A DNA stretch of 22,618 nucleotides from a virus (Duplodnaviria; Heunggongvirae; Uroviricota; Caudoviricetes): positions 1-22,618 of IMG/VR virus record IMGVR_UViG_2695420809_000016, one strand, 5' to 3'. Below are positions 1-8,762 of the stretch, one piece after another. Every line of letters starts with the position of its first letter. The first letter of the stretch is position 1. Made by a program: the position numbers and the translations under genes. The notes under the pieces are model-generated. The model was not told where the DNA came from and did no database searches. It saw nothing but the letters and a program-made list of their open reading frames with translations.

Positions 1-573
1 CCAGATGACATCCGGCGCGGTGCTGGTATCTGTTGCCGTCACCGCGTCAATGTAATCCAGCACAGCGTTAAGCCGGGTTGTTTCTGCCTGCGTCAGTTTC
101 CGCCCGGCCTGTAATTTCAGCTGAATCGGACTAATGGAAGCCATTGCTGCATCAATCAGTGACTGGCGCTGTGCTTCTGCCGCTTCTACTGCGGCACCGT
201 GTTGTGCCTCAGTATCTGTCACCCATTTCTCACCATCCCATTTATCATATGGCGTTAACGGTGAAAGCGTGACATAACCGTTTTTGATGGCACCGATATA
301 ATCCACTGTAACAGCAGCACCATTTTCGATTGAGTAAACAGTCTCATTGCGATGGTCTTCTTCATGGCTCCATCCCTTACCTGTAAATACTGCCACTTTT
401 CCCGGAATGTTTTCGCCCGGGTCAATACCAGTGGAACAGGCGGGCATACTTACACCAGTATTAATATATTCATCAGACCAGCCCGTATATTCATACGTTA
501 CTGCATCATAATAAAAACAACGCATATCACCCGGCACTGTAGCCAGTCCATTTTCATCAAAAACAGGTTTCAT
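1..573 (-). CDS. G: Tail fibre assembly protein (gpG-like), 3' end truncated by window edge
   Basis: Minus-strand ATG at 573..571 overlaps the stop of H (ATGA-type overlap). I checked the frame by hand: no stop down to position 1 (191 codons, MKPVFDENGLATVPG...TDTSTAPDVIW). Not in the ORF track because no stop lies inside the window. Confidence 0.8.
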   Translation of the reverse strand, partial: MKPVFDENGLATVPGDMRCFYYDAVTYEYTGWSDEYINTGVSMPACSTGIDPGENIPGKVAVFTGKGWSHEEDHRNETVYSIENGAAVTVDYIGAIKNGYVTLSPLTPYDKWDGEKWVTDTEAQHGAAVEAAEAQRQSLIDAAMASISPIQLKLQAGRKLTQAETTRLNAVLDYIDAVTATDTSTAPDVIW

Positions 574-1856
574 TATTTAGCCCTCACCAGAAAGTTAAAT
601 GCAATGTTACGTGGTCTGACGGCAATAAAATTAACACCATCTCCTACTGAGTTACTGGTGTACTGAAATCGAGAGAAACCTGGCTGGTGTGCTGATATTC
701 CATCGTAATCAGCAATCGCATGGCCGGACCCTTCTGGATAATTACCGCCAAATTGCGATAAAGATGTTGCTGCCTGCCAGCTTAATAATGCTCGCCCACT
801 GTCCGCCCCTCGCCCATCATCCCAGATACGAATGAAATCACCGCGGGCTTCAGGTAATACCAGCGAAGGAAACACTTTTGCCAGCACAGGGTAATCAGAG
901 GCAGAAAATTTCACCCCGTTGAACTTCAAAAACACCATACTGGACCAGCTGTCGATTACGGTATTTGGCATTGCAGCGGACGGCCAGAAGAACGGAACGC
1001 CAATAGCTGGAGCACCTTCTCCCAAACCAAGGTATGCGAGAAGACCGGCAACATCCTTTCCACTCAAATGAGTCAGCGTCTCATCCAGTGGCTGCTTACC
1101 TGACAGCGCATTGTTAATGGTGGTGCTGAATTTCGGGTCATTGTTAATGGCCGCGGCAATTTCTTTCAGTGTATCCAGCGTGGCTGGCGCGCCGTTAATC
1201 AGAGCGGTAATAGCGGCCTGAACAAACGCAGTAGTCGCAATCCGCGTGGTGTTATTTCCTGCGGGAGGTGTCGGCGCTTTTGGTTCTCCGGTAAATGTCG
1301 GATTATGTTTCTGCGCATACTGGGTATGAGGATCCTGTGCGGCAATGTGGTTTCTCATCTGTTCATCCACATACAGCTTTAATTCCAGGACTTCATCATC
1401 CACGTATTTACGGGTCGCCAGTACCACCGACGGGTCGATTTTCAGCGTAATAGCTTCGGTATTCGTGACAACCAGAATCATGCGGATAGTCTGGGTACGA
1501 CCACTGCCTTCCTGCAACTGCGGTTTGTAAGTTTCCGGGCAGTTCGCCACCGCAATGAGTACGCCTTCATCATCATAAAGCCCAATCTCACGGATCCAGA
1601 ATCCGCCCTCGTTCTCAGGGATGATTTGCTCCGCAATAATCTGGCTCTGGTTGTTCGGGTCAACACTCAGAAGATTCAGCGGCGCGATGCGTTTCTGGTT
1701 AATCAGTTTTGTCTGTGCCGGGTCTGGTGTCGGCAAGACACCATTCGCATCACCAACGGCCATTTGCGTCAGATTCAGCTTACTGCCGAGCATCGTCGCG
1801 TTAGCCAGCCGTGCTGCGCCCTGATTAGTCAGAATGGCGTAGTATTTCACTGTCAT
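573..1856 (-). CDS. H: Tail fibre protein (gpH-like), 427 aa, with a tail-collar-like C-terminal region
   Basis: N-terminus (MTVKYYAILTNQGAARLA...MAVGDANG...GGFWIREIGLYDDEGVLIAVAN...SGRTQT) has the conserved P2 gpH architecture. The C-terminal stretch SDYPVLAKVFPSLVLPEARGDFIRIWDDGRGADSGRALLSWQ resembles the phage tail-collar motif. Position between I and G. Confidence 0.9.
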   Translation of the reverse strand: MTVKYYAILTNQGAARLANATMLGSKLNLTQMAVGDANGVLPTPDPAQTKLINQKRIAPLNLLSVDPNNQSQIIAEQIIPENEGGFWIREIGLYDDEGVLIAVANCPETYKPQLQEGSGRTQTIRMILVVTNTEAITLKIDPSVVLATRKYVDDEVLELKLYVDEQMRNHIAAQDPHTQYAQKHNPTFTGEPKAPTPPAGNNTTRIATTAFVQAAITALINGAPATLDTLKEIAAAINNDPKFSTTINNALSGKQPLDETLTHLSGKDVAGLLAYLGLGEGAPAIGVPFFWPSAAMPNTVIDSWSSMVFLKFNGVKFSASDYPVLAKVFPSLVLPEARGDFIRIWDDGRGADSGRALLSWQAATSLSQFGGNYPEGSGHAIADYDGISAHQPGFSRFQYTSNSVGDGVNFIAVRPRNIAFNFLVRAK

Positions 1857-2464
1857 GCGTTTACTCTCAGGTTATCAATTAAATGAATGGCCGAGGCCGG
1901 GAAATAATCCCCTCCGACAATAATGGCCTCCGGGGTGTAGGGATAAACCGTCAGGGAGTCACCGTGATAGCATCCCGCACCGGCAAAAATGTTGCCGGTT
2001 GTACTTAAACTGATAGCCAGTCCCGTCAGATGGCGGCTTGCCGGTTTTGCATCAGCAACGAGGCGCTCCAGCTCCTGATACATTTCCTCGGTAATACCCT
2101 GCTCAAGCACGCCGACAACGATACGGAACGTCCCCGGCTCCTCGTTGAGCTGCCACCACTCCCTTACCTCAATCAGATAGCCGAGCGGCTCCACCACACG
2201 GCGAATCGCACCAATAGTGCCCTTATGACAGTGGATGAAATACGCATCGCGGATAACAGCGCGTTTTGTCGCTTCCGGCCAATTATCATCCCAGCGGTCA
2301 ACCGAAAATGACCACGCCAGCCACGGCAGCAGATTTGCCGGGCAGGTGTCCGGGTTCCACAGCTCACGAATACTGACCGGCGTTTTTTCAATTTCCGCAC
2401 AGGCTTTTGCGGCGGCAACTTCAAGCGGTGATGAGCCGGTCGGCAGCAGTCGCGAATCACTCAT
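1853..2464 (-). CDS. I: Baseplate assembly protein gpI
   Basis: 203-aa ORF, MSDSRLLPTGSSPLEVAAAKA...WNPDTCPANLLPWLAWSFSVDRWDDNWPEATKR, typical gpI N-terminus. Start overlaps the J stop; position J-I-H. Confidence 0.9.
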   Translation of the reverse strand: MSDSRLLPTGSSPLEVAAAKACAEIEKTPVSIRELWNPDTCPANLLPWLAWSFSVDRWDDNWPEATKRAVIRDAYFIHCHKGTIGAIRRVVEPLGYLIEVREWWQLNEEPGTFRIVVGVLEQGITEEMYQELERLVADAKPASRHLTGLAISLSTTGNIFAGAGCYHGDSLTVYPYTPEAIIVGGDYFPASAIHLIDNLRVNA

Positions 2465-3365
2465 CCGAGCCTCCGGTCACAACGCTGTATTCGGTACAGA
2501 AAGACGCCTGCGTATTGTTGAGCACGATGTCGGCCAGTGGTGCAGCCAGTTCGACACGCTGCACGCCTTCCACATGCAAAGCGGCATAAATGGCAGACAG
2601 ACGGATGTCACGCCCCAGCCGGTGCTGTGCCGTGATATACGCTTCCAGTTTTTTCACGGCGGCAGCGCGAATGGGTTCGCTTTCGGGACCAGGGTAAAGG
2701 TAAAGCGTGGCGTTTATCTGGTATTCAACAATGGCGGCAGACTGCACGGTCACGCGGTCGGCTACCGGCCTGACGTCCTCGCCATTAAGGGCATTACGCA
2801 CCACGGCCAGCAGGTCTTCGGATGCAACACCGTTATTTTCACGTGACAGCACAGAGATGGTGACGCAGGCCGGAGACGGACTGGTGACAGAAATATCCGC
2901 GACACGCCCGTCAGCACTGCGACCATGATACTGATAGGCTCCCACCGACCCGGCGACGCTTAAGCCCTCAAACGCCTGCTGAATACGCAGACGATAATCG
3001 GTGTCAGACTCCATCACTGCCGGTGTCGGCGGGATAGTCGAATCATCTGCCGGGGTGATAGTCAGGCGCGTGGTGTTGTAATTGGCACCAATCACATCAA
3101 GGTCATTACCGGCTGCACAGGCCAGCATTACCGCCCGTGCAGCCTCATTCACACGCTGACGCCAGATAAGCTCACGATAAGCATTTTCCTCCAGCAGTTT
3201 GACGAGAGGCTCGGATTCCAGCGTCAGGGTACGGGCGACCGCCTCCTGCTGGTCTTCCGGGTAAAGGGAAACCAGTGTCGCCTTGCGTTCGGCGAGAATG
3301 GTTTCAAAGTCCAGCTCCTCGACCACATCCGGTGCGGGTAGCTGGTTCAGGTCGATAATCGGCAT
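2457..3365 (-). CDS. J: Baseplate assembly protein gpJ
   Basis: 302 aa, the same length as P2 gpJ; lies between W and I. Confidence 0.9.
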   Translation of the reverse strand: MPIIDLNQLPAPDVVEELDFETILAERKATLVSLYPEDQQEAVARTLTLESEPLVKLLEENAYRELIWRQRVNEAARAVMLACAAGNDLDVIGANYNTTRLTITPADDSTIPPTPAVMESDTDYRLRIQQAFEGLSVAGSVGAYQYHGRSADGRVADISVTSPSPACVTISVLSRENNGVASEDLLAVVRNALNGEDVRPVADRVTVQSAAIVEYQINATLYLYPGPESEPIRAAAVKKLEAYITAQHRLGRDIRLSAIYAALHVEGVQRVELAAPLADIVLNNTQASFCTEYSVVTGGSDE

Positions 3366-3369
3366 GGTT

Positions 3370-3717
3370 TCAACTCACAGGGATGGTTAACGAAAGTGGC
3401 TGGCCGGTATCGTTGTGCCGGCCGGTTAACGTGACCGTCATTCGCCCGTCAAAACTGCGCTCAGTGGTGACGGATGACAGGGTGACGCGGGGTTCCCATT
3501 TCAGCACCGCCATGTAACAGGCGACCTTAATCTGCAACTCAAGCGCCGGGGTCTGCGGCTGGTCAATCATTGACGCCAGCAACGAGCCGTAATCACGACG
3601 CATCACCCGTGAGCCGACCGGTGTGCGCAGGATATCGCCGATACTCTGGCTGATATGCTCAAGGTCAGTGACCGTCAGGCCATCACTGCGATTCATTCCG
3701 AGATAACGCGCTGTCAT
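3370..3717 (-). CDS. W: Baseplate wedge protein gpW (gp25-like)
   Basis: 115 aa, same length as P2 gpW; position V-W-J. Confidence 0.9.
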   Translation of the reverse strand: MTARYLGMNRSDGLTVTDLEHISQSIGDILRTPVGSRVMRRDYGSLLASMIDQPQTPALELQIKVACYMAVLKWEPRVTLSSVTTERSFDGRMTVTLTGRHNDTGQPLSLTIPVS

Positions 3718-4355
3718 TTTGTCCCCTGTGTCCAGTTGTCTCCTGACTTAACACCACCGTGACCGTGGTCATCCACCTGAACGCCGTTAGAAGTGAATTT
3801 CCCGTCGGTATGCTCGATGTTGCCGTGCATCTTCCCGCCCTTCTGCACTTCCAGCGTGCCGGTAGTCAGCTTGTTGGTGCAGACCACCTCCGGTGTGTCC
3901 AGGGTGACGCGGGCTGACGCTTTCACCATGACCACCGGCACCGTGGCGGTAACAGAATCAGAAGCCGTCACGCTGGCCGTTTTAATTCCGCTTACCGTGA
4001 GTGCACTGGTTTCGGGTTCATACTCAATCACCGCCCCGTCAGGGAAACGGATATGCAGGGCATCCGCCGACGCAGACGGCGCGGGGTTATCGCCGGAATA
4101 AATCCCCGGCAGAACGAACGCCGTGTCGAGTTCACCGCCCACAGACAGAATCAGCACCTGTTCCCCCACGGAAGGTGCCCACCATGTGCGCGAACGTCCT
4201 GCGCGATGGGTCAGCCACTGAAGCCAGTCGGTGCACATGCCGCCGGTCTGCACGCGGCAGCGACCGGCGTTAAGGTCGGTTTCGACGATAATGCCGGTGC
4301 GAATCATGTTGCGCAGTGCGCGCGCGAGTTCCTGAATATTTGCGAGAGTGTTCAT
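3714..4355 (-). CDS. V: Baseplate spike / central fibre protein gpV
   Basis: The ORF-track start at 4373 is a TTG. The first ATG, at 4355..4353, gives MNTLANIQELARALRNMIR..., which I recognise as the gpV N-terminus (213 aa). Stop overlaps the W start. Confidence 0.85.
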   Translation of the reverse strand: MNTLANIQELARALRNMIRTGIIVETDLNAGRCRVQTGGMCTDWLQWLTHRAGRSRTWWAPSVGEQVLILSVGGELDTAFVLPGIYSGDNPAPSASADALHIRFPDGAVIEYEPETSALTVSGIKTASVTASDSVTATVPVVMVKASARVTLDTPEVVCTNKLTTGTLEVQKGGKMHGNIEHTDGKFTSNGVQVDDHGHGGVKSGDNWTQGTK

Positions 4356-4438
4356 GCATGTGAGATTGCACAATATATAAAAGTTATGCTATCTGGATTC
4401 ATTTGTAGAACTACCAGACAACATTCAAGGAGAGCGTA

Positions 4439-5224
4439 ATGGTCAGCTATAATGTGACTAATGTGTGGGGGCTAATCGTTTTTTTCCTTTGTAGCTTTGC
4501 AGTATTAGCATTTTTTAGCTTTGGTAAAAGTAACCTTATGAGGCTTATTGCACATTATTTCAATTTTGGATATTCAGACAAAAAATTAAAAAGACTGGAC
4601 CGCGAGTGGCGCGACATTCAACTATTTAAAATACTTAACGGAATCAATGTATCAGGCATCGAAGATGTGAGAATGATACAGCAGGGGCTGATTGATGGAA
4701 AACTAAAAACATCGTATTTTTTCCTTACTCGCATCTGGGGTGACATAACAAAAACACCACACATAATTAAAACAATAATCGTAATTCCGGCCAGTATTAT
4801 TTATATTCTCTTCGCATGCTACATACACAATGAACAATCCGCTATAGTAAGGGATGCCATAGGTATACCATATAAAAATATGATGTACTATGTTTATAGT
4901 GACAAAGTTCTTTTATCCTTCAAAAATAAAACAGTTGAATTTAATAAAACTTATAGCCTTGCCGATTGCAAGACCCTGCAAAACGTATTTATAAAAGACA
5001 CACTCCCTGAAATCGCCTGCAATAAGCTCTTACAGCTAAACGAGGAGGACTCCGAATGGTTAAGTCAGGAGATTAAAGATAATAACAGCCACAGAAAAAC
5101 ATTATTAATAATATCCCTAACCTATTTCATTTCAGGTCTGCTTATATTCCTGTCATATACAAAATTCCTTTACGCCAATAAGAAGGTTTTAGAATACAAA
5201 GCATCAAATAAAAACCACTCATAA
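4439..5224 (+). CDS. Hypothetical membrane protein (about 3 predicted TM helices), AT-rich cargo gene at the P2 orf30 position
   Basis: 261-aa ORF on the strand opposite to the flanking tail genes. Strong SD (AAGGAGAG) about 7 nt before the ATG. Hydrophobic segments GLIVFFLCSFAVLAFFSF, IIKTIIVIPASIIYILFACYI and LLIISLTYFISGLLIFLSY. AT-rich by eye compared with the backbone. Confidence 0.75.
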   Translation: MVSYNVTNVWGLIVFFLCSFAVLAFFSFGKSNLMRLIAHYFNFGYSDKKLKRLDREWRDIQLFKILNGINVSGIEDVRMIQQGLIDGKLKTSYFFLTRIWGDITKTPHIIKTIIVIPASIIYILFACYIHNEQSAIVRDAIGIPYKNMMYYVYSDKVLLSFKNKTVEFNKTYSLADCKTLQNVFIKDTLPEIACNKLLQLNEEDSEWLSQEIKDNNSHRKTLLIISLTYFISGLLIFLSYTKFLYANKKVLEYKASNKNHS

Positions 5225-5230
5225 ACCTCT

Positions 5231-5265
5231 AAACATTGAGCGACCAGCACGGCCGCTCAATGTTT
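5231..5265. terminator. Perfect 12-bp inverted repeat (AAACATTGAGCG, 11-nt loop, CGCTCAATGTTT) between convergent genes; likely bidirectional terminator
   Basis: Read directly from the sequence at 5231..5242 and 5254..5265. It lies between the stop of the 4439..5224 ORF and the stop of S. Flanking T-tracts are weak. Confidence 0.45.
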
Positions 5266-5295
5266 AATTGCGCATCAGCCTCTGCCTGGATAAAA

Positions 5296-5748
5296 CTAAC
5301 GCTCAAGGTGAGCCAGGATAATCTCTTCAATCATCTGCACATCCTCACCGGTAAAGCCGAGCAGAGGACGCGCCGGATAATCAATTTTCTTACCGTCTTT
5401 TCGGTTTTCTTCCGACAGACCGAACTGATGCACACTGGCGATTTTCGGTGACTTTCCGCCGTAAAACTCCATTGAGGCCTGTTCAGGGCTGGCGTGGATA
5501 TGCAAAAAACGACTGGTGATAAGTTTCGCAAACATTTTTCGCTTAACGCGACCGGTCTTTTTTCTGGCGCTCTGCTGCTGACGTGGCGCGTAGGGTGTGC
5601 CGTCCGGGGCTTTCTGTGCCATCACCCGACGCTGCTGACTCTGTCGCAGACGCTTCGCCAGTTCGGCACTCAGTCGCCGACGCCCTGACGGTGACAGCGA
5701 TTCAATCAGTCCGGTCAGCCGGTCTTCAAAACGCTTAAACTCATTCAT
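5296..5748 (-). CDS. S: Tail completion protein gpS
   Basis: 150 aa, same length as P2 gpS; start overlaps the stop of R. Confidence 0.9.
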   Translation of the reverse strand: MNEFKRFEDRLTGLIESLSPSGRRRLSAELAKRLRQSQQRRVMAQKAPDGTPYAPRQQQSARKKTGRVKRKMFAKLITSRFLHIHASPEQASMEFYGGKSPKIASVHQFGLSEENRKDGKKIDYPARPLLGFTGEDVQMIEEIILAHLER

Positions 5749-6208
5749 CCCACTTGCTCACCAGTTCGCCATTGATATACAGCTCCATCGGGCGGGTGAC
5801 CGGCTCCGGCGGCGGGGGTTCCGGGATATTCTTCACATGCAGTGCGCCGTCCACCTCACTGACCAGCGCGCGCTCGGTCAGCATCAGGCTGATGCTGATA
5901 TCAAAGCTGCTGTCATTGTTGATATCTGCATAAAACGTGAAGCCCTTTTTCTGGCCTGCGTCGGTGGTCATGATGTCGGGCTGATTTTCCCGCAGCCATG
6001 CCAGCACCGGCACGATGAGCAGGTCAAAATCACCGGTAAAGTCGGTCACAATGACATTGAGCGTGTAACGCTTTTCGAATGACAACGACGCCGCCAGTGT
6101 GGAGGCAATACTCCCGTTATCCACGAATATCCGCAGCATATCGGGGTTAGTTTTCAGCACCGTGACGGCATCAGTCAGCGCCCTGCGCAGGCTTTCGGGT
6201 TTGAGCAT
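5741..6208 (-). CDS. R: Tail completion protein gpR
   Basis: 155 aa, same length as P2 gpR; follows the lysis cassette. Confidence 0.9.
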   Translation of the reverse strand: MLKPESLRRALTDAVTVLKTNPDMLRIFVDNGSIASTLAASLSFEKRYTLNVIVTDFTGDFDLLIVPVLAWLRENQPDIMTTDAGQKKGFTFYADINNDSSFDISISLMLTERALVSEVDGALHVKNIPEPPPPEPVTRPMELYINGELVSKWDE

Positions 6209-6461
6209 CGTTTTCGTCCTGACAGTGTTTAATCATTTTTACCTGGCTGGCACAGCGTGCCAGCGCGTTCTCAAGCTGCCGGATATCAGCACTTAAATCG
6301 CCGTTCGTCTGCGGGTCACTGCCCGGCATCGGGCAAAGGCTCACTTTCGGGCAGGCGTTGGCGACAATCACTGGCGTCTGCGCAGGCGGGGCGCTGGTGC
6401 AACCGGCGCACAGCATCAGGCAGGTCAGCGCCGTACCAGCGGCGAAAATCTTCGTTTTCAT
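6171..6461 (-). CDS. lysC: LysC, outer-membrane spanin (Rz1-like lipoprotein), nested in lysB and overlapping R
   Basis: Internal ATG at 6461..6459 in the alternate frame of lysB gives MKTKIFAAGTALTCLMLCAGCTSAPPAQTPVIVANACPKVSLCPMPGSDPQ: signal peptide, lipobox-like cysteine and a proline-rich body, typical of o-spanins. 96 aa. Confidence 0.7.
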   Translation of the reverse strand: MKTKIFAAGTALTCLMLCAGCTSAPPAQTPVIVANACPKVSLCPMPGSDPQTNGDLSADIRQLENALARCASQVKMIKHCQDENDAQTRKPAQGAD

Positions 6462-6741
6462 TAAGTAACCTCGTGATGGTTTTCTCGCGCTGTGCTTCAC
6501 GCTTCGCGGCGTTCTCCAGCTCCTGACGCAGTGCCACCTGCGCCAGCTCGTTTTTGTCTGCCCTGGTAAGGGCAACATGAAGCTGATTTTTCAGCATGGT
6601 GATGGTCGTCTGCTGTCCGCTGGCGACGCTCTTCGCCCTGTCCAGCGAGGCGCGGAGGCTGGCGTTTTCATGCTTCGCCAGAAACAGCCCCGCCACCGCC
6701 AGCGATAACAACACGACCAGCACAATCATCAGCCTTGACAT
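6316..6741 (-). CDS. lysB: LysB, inner-membrane spanin (Rz-like)
   Basis: 141 aa. N-terminal TM helix (MSRLMIVLVVLLSLAVAGLFLA) followed by a charged coiled-coil-like body; position after lysA. Confidence 0.85.
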   Translation of the reverse strand: MSRLMIVLVVLLSLAVAGLFLAKHENASLRASLDRAKSVASGQQTTITMLKNQLHVALTRADKNELAQVALRQELENAAKREAQREKTITRLLNENEDFRRWYGADLPDAVRRLHQRPACADASDCRQRLPESEPLPDAGQ

Positions 6742-7154
6742 GGTTCCCGCCCCTCAAAACGCTGACGGCAGGCCGTACGTATCAGCCGGAAAAACACCGA
6801 CGCCACAAGATAAATCAGCGCGGTAAAAATCCACCCGGCAGCGACCAGCGCGATAAACGTCGCCACCATCACCACCAGAGCCGCCGCCCGTCTACGCCAC
6901 GGCACCGGCTGCAAAAACAGCGACGTGACAATCTTCACGGCCAGCGATTCCGGCGGCAGCTCCCGTCCGTAGCGTTCCAGTACATACTCAGTGGCATACA
7001 CGCCGATACCACCGGCAACCACACAGATAACCGTCGCCAGAATCGCCCAGGCGGCGACAAAACTGACGGCCACGCTCTGCGGGTAAATCAGGGACAGTGC
7101 CAGCATCAGCGCCAGCGACACATTCAGCATCAGTGAAAGGGATAATTTCTTCAT
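6729..7154 (-). CDS. lysA: LysA, membrane protein of the lysis cassette (lysis timing)
   Basis: 141 aa with several hydrophobic helices; lies between K and lysB. Confidence 0.8.
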   Translation of the reverse strand: MKKLSLSLMLNVSLALMLALSLIYPQSVAVSFVAAWAILATVICVVAGGIGVYATEYVLERYGRELPPESLAVKIVTSLFLQPVPWRRRAAALVVMVATFIALVAAGWIFTALIYLVASVFFRLIRTACRQRFEGREPCQG

Positions 7155-7168
7155 GGTGTTTACTCCGT

Positions 7169-7666
7169 TTAAGCCGGTACGCCGCCAGCGGTACGCCAGA
7201 CGGTGACCAGTTTTTCCAGTGAATGCTCACGCTGACCGTAACCGGCACCCGGCAGGGACGCCCAGATATTGCGACAGCGTGAAATGGCGCGCTCAATGCG
7301 TCCCGCCCGGATGTCATCCAGTGCACCGCGTTCGCGGATCAACTGAATGGCAAGTCTGTCCTGTGACAACGGACTGAAATCCGGCAGGGCAAGCTGTTTG
7401 CGGTAATGCGGCCAGAACAGGTAAAGCTGCTGATAGCGACCGGAGGCCGTGGATTTTTCACCGCGACGGTTAAACACCTTCGCCGGTCGGCCATGCGCGA
7501 ACGGGTGGTCACTGTAGTCGGTGAAGATTTCCGGCTTTCCGTCCAGTCCGGTGACTATCACGTCATAGCCCCGGTTTTTCGTCAGCGGATGGTTCGCCGT
7601 CCCTTCGGACACGGCCAGCATGTCGAGAAAGGCGGCGATATTCTGATGCGTGTTAATAACCGGCAT
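7169..7666 (-). CDS. K: Endolysin gpK
   Basis: 165 aa, same length as P2 gpK; immediately downstream of holin Y. Confidence 0.9.
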   Translation of the reverse strand: MPVINTHQNIAAFLDMLAVSEGTANHPLTKNRGYDVIVTGLDGKPEIFTDYSDHPFAHGRPAKVFNRRGEKSTASGRYQQLYLFWPHYRKQLALPDFSPLSQDRLAIQLIRERGALDDIRAGRIERAISRCRNIWASLPGAGYGQREHSLEKLVTVWRTAGGVPA

Positions 7667-7947
7667 TACTGTTTCCCCCTGCCCTTAAAGCGGCGCTGAA
7701 TGGCAATCTCAATCACCTGATAACCGGCGATACCCAGCATGGAGCCGATGCCGCACACCGCAGGCAGTGACAGGTCAGGAAACTGCACCAGAACAACACC
7801 GGCAACCATCGAGACAAAACCACCGAGCAACATGCGCCCGATAAACAGACGCGGGGTGATGGGTTCACCACCGGCAAGCACCTTGCCGACAACAATCAGC
7901 ACCCCAATCATGAAAAGCGACAGGACGCTTTTTTCTTCTGCTGTCAT
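7666..7947 (-). CDS. Y: Holin gpY
   Basis: 93 aa with hydrophobic helices (VLSLFMIGVLIVVGKVLAGG, LLGGFVSMVAGVVLV) and a charged C-terminus; P2 Y is 93 aa. Confidence 0.9.
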   Translation of the reverse strand: MTAEEKSVLSLFMIGVLIVVGKVLAGGEPITPRLFIGRMLLGGFVSMVAGVVLVQFPDLSLPAVCGIGSMLGIAGYQVIEIAIQRRFKGRGKQ

Positions 7948-7950
7948 GCG

Positions 7951-8154
7951 TTACTCCCACAGATTGACAGTTTCAGCCACGGGCGCGGTCTGAACGTCGG
8001 GCAGTTCGACGGCGGTGCCGTGCGGCAGCACCGCGCCCAGTTCAGCCAGTCCCGGATTTGCGGCGAGCACGGTTTCAACCACGCCCTCAGTGCGCCCGTA
8101 ATACCGGACACAAATGGCGTCGAGCGTGTCGCCCTGTAGCGCAAAGGTCTTCAT
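7951..8154 (-). CDS. X: Tail protein gpX (LysM-like)
   Basis: The ORF-track start is upstream; the ATG at 8154..8152 gives MKTFALQGDTLDAICVRYYGRTEGVVETVLAANPGLAELGAV... (67 aa), the expected gpX size. Overlaps the L stop. Confidence 0.85.
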   Translation of the reverse strand: MKTFALQGDTLDAICVRYYGRTEGVVETVLAANPGLAELGAVLPHGTAVELPDVQTAPVAETVNLWE

Positions 8155-8663
8155 CAGATTTGACTCACGATGCAGCGCGGCTTGTCCTGGATGCGCGCCA
8201 CCGCCCAGCGCATATCCCGCCACAGCTCATCAATGGTGCTGTCAATGCTGTCAGCCTTCTTGTCGCCTTTCGCACTGGCATCCACGCCGCGATAACGCTC
8301 ATAAAGCGACGCGGTCGCCATCGCACACACGGCGCGCTCGTAGTAAAAAACTTTGATGCTTTCACCGTCGATGTCGTCCGCCGGGACGTCCGCCAGACGC
8401 GTAAAACCGGCGGCAATTTTCTGTTCGCGATACTCGTACAGCTCCGCATTTGTCTCCGCCATGCCTGACTTGATAGCCTCACGCAGACGGGCGGGGGCGA
8501 CGGTCTGCTCAAGGCGCATACGTTCCCGGACGCGCTTCGGGTCGATATCGGGAAAAAAGAACGTGTTTTTAATCACCGGCTCGTCGCCTGCCGGTTGCGG
8601 GATGACCACCGTACCCTCACCGGACACGGGAGCCTCCTTTCGCGGAATAATCAGCGTCATCAT
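8154..8663 (-). CDS. L: Head completion / stabilisation protein gpL
   Basis: An internal ATG pair at 8663..8658 gives MMTLIIPRKEAPVSGEG..., 169 aa, the expected gpL size. Confidence 0.85.
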   Translation of the reverse strand: MMTLIIPRKEAPVSGEGTVVIPQPAGDEPVIKNTFFFPDIDPKRVRERMRLEQTVAPARLREAIKSGMAETNAELYEYREQKIAAGFTRLADVPADDIDGESIKVFYYERAVCAMATASLYERYRGVDASAKGDKKADSIDSTIDELWRDMRWAVARIQDKPRCIVSQI

Positions 8664-8762
8664 GACTACCTCTGAAAAGTCGGGCGGTGGACGCCGGTGC
8701 AGTGTCAGGTGATTCACCCTCACTGACCGGCGTGCCGCCCTGGCGCGGGGCGCATTCGGTTG

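Noticed and set aside
352-666. 104-aa plus-strand ORF
   Set aside because: Lies antisense across the G/H junction where well-supported minus-strand genes are packed with coupled start and stop codons; its odd composition is typical of a shadow ORF.
2235-2846. 203-aa plus-strand ORF
   Set aside because: Antisense to baseplate genes I and J, which are recognisable and correctly sized; the P2 tail operon has no gene here.
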